Positions 1 to 13,202 of a DNA stretch of 64,000 nucleotides are shown here, piece after piece (position 1 is the stretch's first letter; every line of letters starts with the position of its first letter). The DNA comes from Rhizophagus irregularis (Eukaryota). A program made the translations under genes and the position numbers. The stretch is taken from positions 1-64,000 of the forward strand of contig NC_089435.1 in assembly GCF_026210795.1 (NCBI RefSeq), read 5' to 3'. The notes under the pieces were generated by a model. That model saw only the letters and a program-made list of their open reading frames with translations, was not told where the DNA came from and made no database searches.

Positions 1-3000
1 AGTGCTAGATAGTTCTCATAGATGGTGATACGCAGGTCAAAATCGAGGCTATCGGTTGCATATCGGGTACCAGATATATGTAGGATATGTATATGATATG
101 TATACGATATGCAACAATTACACACATATCGGGTACCTGATATCTGTAATGTTTATGCAGAAGTTCGGTGATATATATTATAGATATCGTGCACATATTA
201 CACATATATCGGGTAGTATAATATCGGGCACATATCTTATACATGTCGTATAAATATCATATAGATATTGGTCAGTATAATATCGGACACATGTTATATA
301 GATATCGGGTAAATATAGGATACATATCGTACATTTATCTGACAATACGATAGATAATTTTTTCATATAATATTATAATTTAATCTGGGCAAAATTATAA
401 TTTCAGATTAATTTTTAATTTTAATTCGGGCTAAAGTAAAATTTTATTACACAAATTTTATTCTTATTTTCAATTAAATTAAAAGTTTTATTGTTTTTTA
501 ATTAATAATAAAAAAGATTACAAAAAAATATATTATTCTATATAGCTATATAAATAATTAGATATCTGTTATCTACAAATGGCGCTTATTTTTATCTGTT
601 TAATATTTAAAAGAAAGAAATAGTATTTTAGTAATAAAGATATTAGTATGAATAATGTATTCGTAAAAGAAAAAGAATAGTATTAAAAAAATGTTAGTAA
701 AAAATGGTTAGTAATAGAAAATGTTATTAGTATGTTTAGTAGTAAAATATATTAGTAAAAACAAACGTTAGTAGGTTAGAAAAAAAGAAAATATAAATAA
801 AAATTAGTAAAAAAATATACCTTTGTATTTATTTCACCTCTTTTTTTGAAGTTTGCTGTTTAAAGAGAAAATAGATTTTGTTAATTATTTTTCTTTAATA
901 AATAAAAAAAATAAATATTTAAATTACCTTGATGTGCGTTACTCTCATATTCTTCTGAAGATATATGATTAGATCTTCTTTTCTTGAGTTTACTATATAT
1001 AAACCAAATTAATTTTTGATTAAATTTTTTTAAAAAGAATGCTTAGATTACCTTGATATGTGTTGCTTCCAAATTCTTTTGATTTAGAGTTTTTTTTCTT
1101 GAATTCGCAGATATAGGATTACCACCTTGACGCACAGTATCAAAAAATGTCCGCCCTTGATGTGGAAGGTACTTAGGAACCACCTCATCTCCCGATTAAT
1201 GAGACCCTAAGTCAGAGGAGGCTAGCCTATCGGGTACAAGTACCCTACAACTTCATCCCTAGGTAGTCAAAAATCTCAGGTGGTTCAGACCACAGCGTCT
1301 TACGTGATTAGTCTTTGGACATGTTGGGATTTGATAAGTGAGAGAAAAAAATACTCCAGCGCCAGCGTTTTGTAAAGAATAATAAAATAATATTTTTAAG
1401 TTAGTTCTTTCTTTATTAAATTTTTGAAAAAGTTTTGTTTCTTAAAATCGTAAAAAAATGCTGGTTGCTACAACTGACGGACAACGACAAATTGTCAGGC
1501 TACCCCCGGACAAAGTAATTGGAAGGCAGAAAATGTCATAAAATATCCAGCCCTATTTCATAACATTTTCCTCCAGGCTAAAGCAAATATTACAAAAGAA
1601 ATTGCAAATATATTTAACAAGCAATAGATACGTCGGCCGTTGAAAAATATATTCACACTTCATATTGTAATACCACAGTCTAACAAAGAAAGACAAGAAA
1701 TTGCAAATATATTTAACAAGCAATAAATACATGGCCGTTGAAAAATATATTCACACTTATACCACAAAGAAAGACTCAAACCACTATTGTAAAGAAAAAT
1801 ATGAAAAATACGCGTATATCCTATTTTCATACCTTGCTTAACAGTTCCACTATTTATTTAAAAGAGAATTTTCTCTTTTTTGTATGTGGGTAGGGGTACA
1901 TTTTTTCCTTTTTTTTATTCTTTTCTTTTGTATATAGTAGATGAGTATGTCTTACTATATTAAATATATAAACTAAAGTGCCAAAGTATTGTTAATATTG
2001 TAAAAGATAAGTAAAGTATACTTGGATAAAAGAGAAAAGAAGAGACGAACCGTAAAGCGTTAATAAAAGATAAGTAAGAAGAGAAAAGTGTATTTTTGAA
2101 AATAAACAAAAAAAATCGCGCATTAATTTTAGATATCACATGTAATCAAAGCGATTTTAATTGGTTATTAATATACATGCATAAATGTCATGTGATTTTA
2201 GTGACGAAACTGTAAACCTGCGTAATATTACGGTTAAAATATTTTGAAAATTTACGAGACTGTAAACCTGCGTAATATTATTACTATTTGATCGTTAAAG
2301 CTGCGTATGCAGTAGAACGTATACAAGGGCATGTGATACTATTGAATAATCAAAAATAATATTAACACCTTTTCTTTTAAGTTTGGGAAAGCAGATTTTT
2401 TTATTATTTACAATTTTTATGTTAAAAATTAAAGTAAATTCTAATTTTTATTATAACTTAATAAAAAATACACATTTGATACTTGTTCGCTACTATTTTA
2501 CTATAAAATAGTATCCAGCCTAGTACGGCGTGAACGTCAGTATCAGTTACAGCCCAAAAAACGTAAGTCTCCAGCCGATATTTGGTACGACTTCGGGCCT
2601 AGCTATTCACTTAATAAATAAAAAAATAAAAATAATTATCTTCTTCTACGATACGTAGGTAAGTTTCTCCTTCTCCTACGATTGTCACGCGTAACTAAAA
2701 TTGATCAAATTTATCAAATTTAAAATGTGAACGTAAAATAGAATGTAATATTAATTATAAAATTTTATTATAATATAATTACCTGGCCTCTTCCAAAATC
2801 TTGTTCTAAATTCATAATAATATTTTTGGCCAGTACTCATTCACAGCTACTGCCAAATGTGGCAAAAAACTGGCTTTCTGTACAAGTTACAGCAACAGCT
2901 TTTGATCTGGTTTTGGTGAAGTGATGAATTTGAAAAAAAACCAATATTTTTTTGAATTCATTTATAAACATTTTTGGGAGTTTATACAAATCTTTACAAA

Positions 3001-4888
3001 AAATATTATATATACGTATTATTGTATTACGCTAATTTAAACCTTTACATGTAAAACATTGGAAGATATCAACACTACTTAGATTTGTTGGTAAAATTGG
3101 AGTAGACAGTAAAATAATAGATATTATATGAGAAAAATTTCAAATAATAAAAAAAACCAAATAAGAAATATACACAAAATATTAAAGATAATTTCTTTTT
3201 TTTTAAATATAATTAAAAAAAAACTTACTAAATACTCGGCTTAATATTTAACCAAATGGTTTGTTTCTCTATAGGAGAAATAGGTTTTTTATAAGAAATT
3301 TTTATATCTTAATAATATATATATATTTATACAATAATATCATTTTGATATTTTTTTGTAAAAATATTATCAATAATACCGGTTGAAGAATATTGTTAAT
3401 ATTGGTCGTGAATCGTCACACTATTGACCAACGGTAACGAAGAATCGGCTGATCGGACTAGTCAATTATGGTTTGTGTGCCAAATGATAATCTTTTTTAA
3501 CTTTTTTCTTTTTTACTTCTTTTTTTTTGTAGATATCGGCTTTTTGGATTGGTAATTTGAACGACCAGGCTCTTAAACGAACGAACCAAAATAAAGTTCG
3601 TTCTTTTTCTTTGTTTTTACTTCCAGGGAACGTAATTAACGTTCCCTTTTCTTTTTTAGTGACCTGGACGAACGAACAAGCCGAACACCCAGGAACTTGA
3701 ACGAAACAAAGGTATGTTTCGTTCTTTTTTAGTTTTTACTTCAAGGGAACGTAATTAACGTTCCCTTTTCTTTTTTTAGCGATCTGGACGAACGAACAAA
3801 AAAATTGGTGTATGGCAGTCTGCCAGATGATCAGTAATTGAAAGGGACCAATAAATTAATTAGCATAACGAAAACAATTTTTAAGAGCATTGGATATCAT
3901 TTAAGGATCTTATAGAAAAGGCTTTAATTTTTAGCGGCGCTGAAAATTTTGATGATAGTCATGTATCAATTATTAAGTATTATTTGATTCTTGCATCAAA
4001 TCATACTAATTTTATATAATTACAGAGATTTGTTGGGAAGATTTTGAAGCTCCGGAATGGTGCGTACCTATTAAAGCTAATGTATTAACATTTGAATGGG
4101 ACGTAAGTACCAAAATACAAGATATTCAAAATTTTAGAATTACCACAAATATTTTTTGCTTGTAATTCTTATCAAAGTTACAGTTGCTAATAGAGCTCAA
4201 ATTATTAATAATTATACATTTTAAAAATATTCCGCATTAAGTTTAGCATTATTTGAAGACTTTTTTATTTGGTAATACCCTCCCCTTAACTTTTCCTCGC
4301 CACTTTCATAAACGATAATAAACGATTGTGAACAATAATAAGTGATATGATAGATTGAGGGTTGATCGGGTGGTGTGTGTATTAGTGATATTATAATCAA
4401 TGGTGTATAACAAAAAGCTAACAAATGATAATAAAATGATAATGATAATAAATGATAATAAACAATTGTGAAAAAATGATAGAAAATAAAAACTCATTCA
4501 TTATTATCATCATCGACTAAAAAAGGAAAAGAAATTAATAAATTTTGTATTTACGACTAAAAAAGAAAAAAAAAATTAATAAATTTTGTACTTACCATTT
4601 CGATCTTCTGTATTTTGAGTATTCGTATTCGTATTTTGAGTATTCCGGCTCCCACGTGCTATAAAATATTAAGAAAATCAATAAAAATTTATAATTTGAT
4701 TAAACTTTTATACTTTACATACCATTCCTTCTATTGTTTCGTCTGTGTTGAGTTTTATTAACACCAATTGAAGCCTGTACAAACTGATCGTCTAGAAACA
4801 TATTAAATCATATTAAATAAAACAATTTACCTCTTTAATATAATCATTTTGTTGATTATGTAATGTTGTTAGATTTAAAAGTTCTTAC

Positions 4889-5361
4889 CTGGTTTTTCCC
4901 AAAACCGTGTATTCATGACTTCAAAATAAATGGCACCAGCACGGCTTCTTGCCCCTCTCGGATCGTTTGCAATCACTAATAATTGATCCTAAAGTATTAA
5001 GTGTTAAATAAGTATTAAAATTACTATTACAACAAATTTTTATTAATATTTAACTCGCGTGATAACTGGTCACTAATCCATTGAATTTTGTTTGGCACTG
5101 TTTGCCCGAATAATTGCTTCCACACCTCTCATTTACTTTATTCGCAACGGAATTCCAGAATCTTTTTCTACTTCTTCCTGCAATTTGATAATGGTACTCG
5201 AAGTTTCTTGATCTCCGCTGCTCAATCAAAACTGCGATTTGGTCATCCGACCACTCCACCCGGCCGGAAGAATAAGTTATAGTGTCGAAAATGGAGGTAG
5301 TATTGACATTGATGGTATTGGTATCGTTGACGGTGGTTGAATCAGTTGAAGATGAGGACAT
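4889..5361 (-). CDS. Myb/SANT (trihelix-like) DNA-binding protein, spliced; further 3' exons likely
   Basis: WSDDQIAVLIEQR...RFWNSVANKVN...SGKQCQTKFNGL, then a second exon DQLLVIANDPRGARSRAGAIYFEVMNTRFWEKP after an apparent GC-AG intron (~4989-5058). Confidence 0.7.
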
Positions 5362-6075
5362 TGTTTGAAATTTTGTTAAAAAATTGTTTAGAATATTTGG
5401 AAACATATTTGATAAAAAAAAATATGTATTGATTATAAAAAAAAATATGTATTGATTATTAATTAGTATTGATTATCAAAAAAATGCGAGAAAGTTCTTG
5501 TAACAATTCTAATTATGCCATTCAATTATCATGATATTACATCATTTCATTTTTTAATTATTAGTACAATTTTTAATGTAACACCATTTCAAAATGATTT
5601 TGTTGATTCATGATATTATATCATAAAATTCACAAAACAGAGAATTCGTAAAACTCCGTCTCTTGTCCATTAAAAGTGATTAAAATGTCGATCTTCCATT
5701 GTTTTCCATCGTACAAAAAAAAAAAATTAGCCATTAAAAGTGATTAAAAATTTTGTAAATTAGGTCCGGTATTATTCTTACGTAAAAATTAACATTTATT
5801 TATTACGACTTACTAATGCGAAAAAAAATTAATTAATTTTATTAATTTTACATCTTGGATTGATTTAATGTTAATTTTCAAAAGTTGAATTAATGTTGAG
5901 CGCGTTAAACGAATTCGTTGAGCAAAAATTATGCTTATGTAATACGCGATTAATAATTTTTCATTTGATGAAAGTCACGAGACATACTATCTTCTTGCTT
6001 ATATTATACACGATTATCACTAAGCTTGAAATGGAAATCAAATGTGTCATCATTTTCTTTATTTGGTGTGGCATA

Positions 6076-9000
6076 CTACAAGTTAAATCTTCTATTCAAA
6101 GGTATAATCGACAAATATTTTTGTTTTCCTACCGTAATATTTCTAAATTTTGTAGGCTCGACATAATATCCTATGAACCGCTAACAGGGAATCACAACCT
6201 TCTTGAAAGTATTCAGCTTTCCATAATTCGGTATTTGATATTTCTGGCTCCATAAAACTATGTTTAAACCGAATACTAAAAGAAGGTGCAGGTTTATACC
6301 ACTTGACATATGCTAGGAGGTGAGTTTTCGTTCCTTCTGGAAATCTAAGGGCATGCTCGAAATAATATTGGACTTCACCCGGATAAGTGTCAACTGAATC
6401 ATCATTAGCTGCTTTCCATTTTGCAAATATATTCGCATTTTTTTCATGGCGACCAGAAATCATAGATCCAAATATTTCGGCGCCAATTTGTAGTCTTGCA
6501 TGCTGATTCATATGCAAATCCATAAATCCTAACACATCTTCTTTTTCCTTTTCATATAATATTGCATACCATTCACATAGAAATCCTCGCAACTCCAAAG
6601 GCATAACGACATTGATATATGATGGGTTAAGCATTTGGCCAGGTAATGGTTCAGTGCCATATATTTTGGAAACCATAGACGTATTATGTCTCATGAATAG
6701 AAAATGCTGCAGTTCCTCCCTTTCTGCTGTGATTGCTAAACTTCCTACAGCTTTTTTGGTACAAGAAGATGGAGAGATTCATCTAGAAGGCCAGATGTCC
6801 ATTTACATGATAAGTGATAATCCACCAAAGTGTTTTTAAGAACAATTTTCATTAATTCGGGTTCTATTTGTCGGTTACTATTAGGATATGATCCTAAATA
6901 ACAGGAATTTTTTTTAATAAAGGTACTAAAGACAATTGAAAGACACTGAAGTAAATTTACCTATATATCCATTAAGTCTTTCAAACGGGAAAAGCCAAAA
7001 ACTATATATAGGACCATAATCACGACAGCAATCAGGGATATGAAGTGCGAGATGTATATTGCTTGTTATAAATTCTGGTCCATATGTATATTCTATAAGG
7101 TAGGCCATATCTTTTAACCTCTCTTGCGCCTCCTTCAAATCATCATCTGTAATAAATCTTGCTACTAAAAGATTACAAGCTCGAACAAAATGCCCTAAGA
7201 TCTTTCTATCATTATCATCTAGCATATCCCATAATATAGATGTAGAATAAATCATAATAAAGGTCTTCCATTGATCAGCAGTTAAGTTAGAAAACCCATC
7301 ATTTCCGATTGCAATCTTTGGAGGAATTCTACCAATGTCAGAAGGTAAATCAATATTATCCATTCTGTTTTGTGCTACACGAAGTTGTTCCATAGTTAAT
7401 TTTTTTGGTTTACAAAAATGGATTTGATTATCCATTTTGCAACACCGAGAAAAAGACAATGCATAGGATCCACTACAGCAAATCGTATAGGATCCATGTA
7501 TGGTAGGCGAAGCACTTCAGTCCATCTTATACCATGTACTTTAAAATGTGCTTCTCTGGAGGACTTTGAGTTACATTGCAACCATTCATGAGCATATTGT
7601 CTATGTAATAAAAGATCTGCAGGCTTTGTTACCCATTCATTATAGTCTTGCATTCCTCCGTAATGAGTTTTTCTAAATTCCTCGCTATAAGCTGGTACGT
7701 TTATCACACCTATAGCATTTCATTACTGCAGATCCATGACCAAATAACTTTCGTGTAGCTGGAGTATCAGATGATCCAACAATTAACGCAACTTTTATTT
7801 CTAAACCATTGGAAAATTGGTGAGTTTTTGGTACTTTCCACCCCTTCCAAAGTTCTAATAACTCATCTACAATAGGAGCTAGATAATGATTAATGCGTTC
7901 CAACCCTGCCTCTTTTGGTCCTGGTAAGAAACCCAAATATATAATATTTTCGGGCTTATTCCTTTCTGACCTTGGAAGATTGCAAATAGACGCATAAATA
8001 GCGCCAGTACTATGCTGCGTGTAGGAGAATGGTTGGAACCAATCAAGATTAAGGAGAAGACCTAGATGGGTTGTGGCAGTCTCTGTTGTAAAAAAGGTAC
8101 TACCATCAAATGGAAAATTTTTCCATACCTTACCATCGTAAATATCTGAATAGATATTATTTTCGTTTCTTTGAGTCCCTGATAATTTTAACATGTTCTC
8201 AAAATCTGGTCGTTGATATAAAATGCTCAATTGCTGACGAATGTTTGGCTTAGGATAAACCATGCGAGGTACCACAATTGTTGCATCTTTATTTTTTTGA
8301 GAATGGAAAGTGGATTATTGCATTGGTGATTACGACTTGATATTGGATTATTTGGATACTCTTTATACGGGCAATTCATTATAGCAACTTTTCCTTCTTC
8401 CTTATATGCAATAATATCTTTAACATTATGCAATTTATGGCAATCGGTACATGCAGCTAATTGCATTTTCGGTTGAAAAATGTTTAACCATATTTTTGCC
8501 ATATATAATGAGGTAGGAAAATTTTCAAATTGCAACTTATCAAAGCGCATAAGAATTATATGAAAAAATTTTATTAAGGATTCAAGTGCAATATCAGGCA
8601 ATCGAAATCTTTGTTGAAATTTAAATAGCCATATTATAATCTCAGTATTAATAGAATCACTTAAGCTTTCCACTATAAATGCTTCTTCATTGTCATTGTC
8701 AATCTTAGGAGATGCGAAAAAATCTTCTACATCATCATTCTCCTCTCCTTCATCCACATCATCATTCTCTTCCTCATCCATATTATCTACATCATCATTC
8801 TCCTCTCCTTCATTCACATCATCATTCTCTTCCTCATCCATATTATTTACATCATCATTCTCCTCTCCCTCATCCACATCATCATTCTCTTCCTCATCCA
8901 TATTATTTACATCATCATTCTCTTCCCCCTCATTTATATTATCTACATTATAATTCTCACCAAAATAATTGATTTCATCATTATTTTCATCAATTGTAGG

Positions 9001-9456
9001 TGCTGGAATACGAAAACATGAAGGTTTTGATGAAAATAATGTTATATTTTCTTCAATATATTGGAAAGAAGGACCAGGATGGGAAGAGTCCTGATCTGGA
9101 CTAGATGTACCGGAGTAATTATTTCTTTCTCGCTTTTTTGATATATTCAATTTTATTTCTGTATTTATATATGTATTATTAACAGATGATGTTTTTTTCT
9201 TTCTTATCATGATGGTATTTTCCTGATTTTTTCTAGAATCTTTTGATCTCGATTCCCACAAACTATCATCATACGTATGTTTCTCTTGAGTGCGAGAATC
9301 AACTTCTGCACCTTTGCAACGAGCACAATTGCAAATATACAAATACTTTTTTTTGGGCTTTATTAAATCAGCCACAAAGGTTTCAGAGGTTTCAACTTTA
9401 CGTTTTTTATTACTCTTTATTAATCCAGATACAGAGTTACATTTTTTATTATTCAT
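6076..9456 (-). pseudogene. CACTA Tnp2-family (Transposase_21) transposase, frameshifted
   Basis: DIYDGKVW, LLLNLDWFQPF, HSTGAIYASICNLPRSER, VDPMHCLFLG, YGPIYSFWLFPFERLNG, PGEVQYYFEH spread over 5-6 frame segments with one intron. Acidic 60-bp coding repeat at 8730-8940. Confidence 0.9.
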
Positions 9457-9771
9457 TTTTATTAAAATGTATAAAATATATTTTTTATTCTATCACTTTT
9501 AATAGTTAGTAATCAAGACGTTCAGAAACGAGCTTTTAATAATTCTTATCATACATAAGAATTGCACAAGAATTTTATGAGCGCGTTACTTTTACCTGGT
9601 GAGAATTGCGCAAACGCGTTGCTACCTCTGAGCCCCTTGATCTGCATCCTGAAATCTCTGAAATCATTATAAATTTGCACACAAACAACTTTTCTCGCGT
9701 TCTGAAATCTCTACTTTATACGGGATTTTTTTATTTTACAAAATAACAAAAAGATTTTATACTTCGTAACA

Positions 9772-10952
9772 ATGAATAGTGATAATGTATCATCTAGTGA
9801 TGAATCATCCTCCTCCTCCTCCTCCTCCTCCTCCTCCTCTTCTTCTTCTTCCTTTTCTAAAAGTTCTTATAACACGATAAAAGCAAGTATTTGATTATTT
9901 TATATATTATTTCTGCTTTTATCCTATTTACATTTATCTATTATTTTACAGAAAGAAGTGTTTATTTGGAGCGACTCCGAGCTAAAAGACGTATACAGTA
10001 TTAACTATGAGCTCACATGGGCTGAGCAAAAAGATAACATAGTCACCAAGTTGCTTCCACCACTTTACAAACTCGTAAATAAAAAATATAAAGTCTCAAA
10101 TAGTGATTTATTAAAGATGTTATATGGACGTTGGCGATCTCGCCATCGCGTTAGTAATATTAGAAAGCAAGGGGAAGCCCAAATAAAACGTAACAAAAGA
10201 AGAGCAATGAAGAATTCAAGGATGCAGGATGTAAATTATTTAATTAACAGAAGCTATTAAATTTAGTTTTTTTTTTAAATTAATTATATTGTGCTTTATA
10301 ATTAACATTGTTAGAAAAAAAAGAAGAACAAACGCGGCCAATTACCTAATACAAAACAAAGATAAGTACATTTGCCGATATCCTGAAAAGGATCTAGTTC
10401 AAATTTTAAAAGATTCAGGCTACCATTCCGAAGAATGGGGAGGAAACCGACGAAGATGATGAAGATGATGAAAATAGATGAAGAAGTAGTCGCAAAAAAA
10501 AATTCGATATATATTTATGAAAGATGGTGGAGATCTCCTGCTGTATGTATATTTTATTATTTTTTATCAAAGTATAAACACTAATTTATAGTTTAATTTC
10601 TTTATTTAAGCTTCAACGTTTATTACATAATCGTATTGATCCAACGGTAGAGTTATTAAGGAAAAAACCACCAAACTTAAAATGTAAAAGAGTTCTAGAC
10701 AAAACAGAAACAGTTAGTGTGCCACCTGCCGGCGCACCAAGCTGGTGTTTGAATAGAGAAGCACTTGAAAAATTCAACCGTTTAACCAAAAATATCCCGG
10801 TTTATGATTATGATACTGATGAAAGCATCATTCAAGACAACAATGGTGCCGATGATGATGTTGATAATAACGTCGTAAATAACAAAAATAACAACAAAAG
10901 GAAAAAAAAGAAAAATAAATCTAAATCAAAAAATAAAAAATCAAAAAAATAA
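9772..10952 (+). CDS. CACTA-associated second gene, spliced, divergent from the transposase; probable frameshift
   Basis: Multi-exon ORFs (9958-10260, 10719-10952). Motif SGYHSEEW..ET..SIYIYERWWRS is shared with the genes at 53392 and 63526. Confidence 0.6.
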
Positions 10953-13202
10953 ATTTTACAATTATTACACTTTTGCCTAAATAGGTTTATCGTCAAAAAT
11001 ACTAATCAGACTTTAATAAAAATCAGAATTCAAACATTTTCATTTAATTTTTTTAAAAATTGATTGATTAAATTAAAAATATCATGGTTTGATAAAGCTA
11101 TAGATTACAGTTTATTTTTATTAATAAACAAGTTACGGTATTGATTACTTTATTACAGTAACAATTTAATTACGGATAAGGTATTTAATAAGATATCAAA
11201 AACTGATTAATAAAATTTTCTATATTAACATACGATAAATTAGATTAATAAGCTAAATACGATAATATTATTTTTTCAAAAAAATTAAAATGAAAATATA
11301 CACAAATTTTTGTTTTTGGTATGTAAGTCAAATTAAATTACTATATGCTTAAATCATAACTCATAACCCAAAGTTGAGGATTAACCGGGTACCTTGCTTT
11401 AGATTCAGCGACACTTCCCAAGTCAGATGAGGTGCCACAGGTACGCTTTAAGAAAACTCGCTATGATAATAAGGATAAGTATATTCGAAAATACCAGATA
11501 TGAATAAACATAGGATACGATGAATAATCTCAAATAGAAAAATAAAAAATAAAAAAATAAAATAAAATAAAATAAAAATATAAAAAATAAAATAAAATAA
11601 AAAAAATATTTTCAATTAGACAAAGCATCCTCGTTCCTTCCTGGAATTCTCATTTGACTAAATTATTATTGTTTGTAATTTGATCCATTTGAATCCACCA
11701 TAAATTGCCAGACAGGGCGAACCCTTATTAGACAATTATAGCTTCATCACCAAATGGCTGCGATGTGTTTAATGATATGGCAACCTGTTTAATTCATTTT
11801 TAAATGAGCAAACGTGGCCATAAAACTCATTAAAAAGGTAGGCTACAGAGTGCAATGCAACCTACCTAACCTAACAAGTAGGTCTAAGGGTTAGGGAATA
11901 AAATACACCCTAAACCCATGCAGTTGGTATGGAAATAAAAGTTTACAAACGGAAGTTTCAGACTGTGCCTGACGACAAAATGGGTGAGGTGCAATCAGGA
12001 CTTTTTCCTCTAATCCAGCCCGGAATTATAGAGGCAACATTGTTATCGTACAAAGCACATCGACGAAAACGTCTCTCAAAGAAATTAATCAATAAAGAGT
12101 ATACTTGGGCAATAGCCGATCTTCATCGTCACCCTATAAACTCCAAAAGGACAGGGATCAGCGCAGGCATTTTGGCTTACGTATCTCTTTAAAGATTAAT
12201 TAAATTGAAAGATAGGATCCAAATTCAATATGACTGAATCGATCGCCTCCGGTTATCAAACTTCCATCAGAAGTGATCGCTAGAATCAAAGATACCAATA
12301 ATCACCCTTATCAGTAACGATCGAACTAAAGATGTTAGAGAAATAAAATCCGTCATTTATATGGAATTAGTTTGTATTACAATTTTATTACGATTTGGGT
12401 AAAAAAAATATCTCCTTAAAATTTATTTTTTTTCAGGTATCCTGGCTATATGGAAAGATTCCTAATATGGTAATAGTACAATACACCTTATACGCCATTT
12501 TGCAAATTCAGTGTAATAGTTTACAAAGAAAAAAAGGGGAACGTATTTATTTTTTTGCCATGAGAAATTTAATTACAATAAGTGGATTTCAGAAAATCGC
12601 GGTAATTTGAATAATTTGTATATGCTTTTGATAACGGGTTTGAAGTTTAGGTATTCTCTGGCCGCACTCTTGTATTACTATGATCACTGAGAGTTGGCTT
12701 ATATAATAATCTTATCATTCAATATTTCCTAAAAAAGTAAATAAACATCATCTATTTATAAGTATTCATGATTTGGAAAAACTCCGTATGAAGTTGTGAA
12801 GATAAATGATACTTGGATCAAGCACTCCATAGCAATTATCTTTTTTCGTACACTGTATTACATTTTTACAAAGTACAAAGCGTACAAAGCCAATACCAAA
12901 TAGACAGAAATCAGTAGCTGTTTTCTATACTACGATAATATTAAATAAACACACAAATTTTTTTAAAGATCGTACAAATATCGGTGACCGATATATATTA
13001 GATAACGGATCGGTGACTAATAGTTTGGATATCGGACACTTGGTAATTTACATTTTTTTAACCATATTTGAAATTTGCGCATTATGTGACAAATCGGGTA
13101 CCCGATATGTTGTTAATATGTAAAAATTCCCGATATGTACCTAATTAGTCACCGATATATAGGTACCCGATATGTGTGAGATAGATCGTTTTTTGACCTG
13201 TG

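Larger units (their letters stand above)
31..13202. mobile_element. CACTA/EnSpm-like DNA transposon A (ends may come from different copies)
   Basis: Left end CGCAGGTCAAAATCGA (31) resembles the reverse complement of the right end, CACAGGTCAAAAAACGA (ends 13202). Subterminal ATATCGGGTAC-type repeats occur at both ends (50-345, 12975-13190). It contains a Tnp2 transposase and a divergent second gene. Flanks TA vs TT do not give a clean TSD. Confidence 0.65.

Noticed and set aside
5..366. Short ORFs at the window start, and 34495-34821
   Set aside because: They arise from subterminal tandem repeats.
8690..8972. Ser-rich and His-rich ORFs
   Set aside because: Antisense shadows of the acidic repeat in the transposase.
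11350..12350. Possible non-LTR retroelement or gene fragment (ORF 11929-12192)
   Set aside because: Higher GC and an adjacent AAAAT tract, but no recognisable motif in the frames I read.
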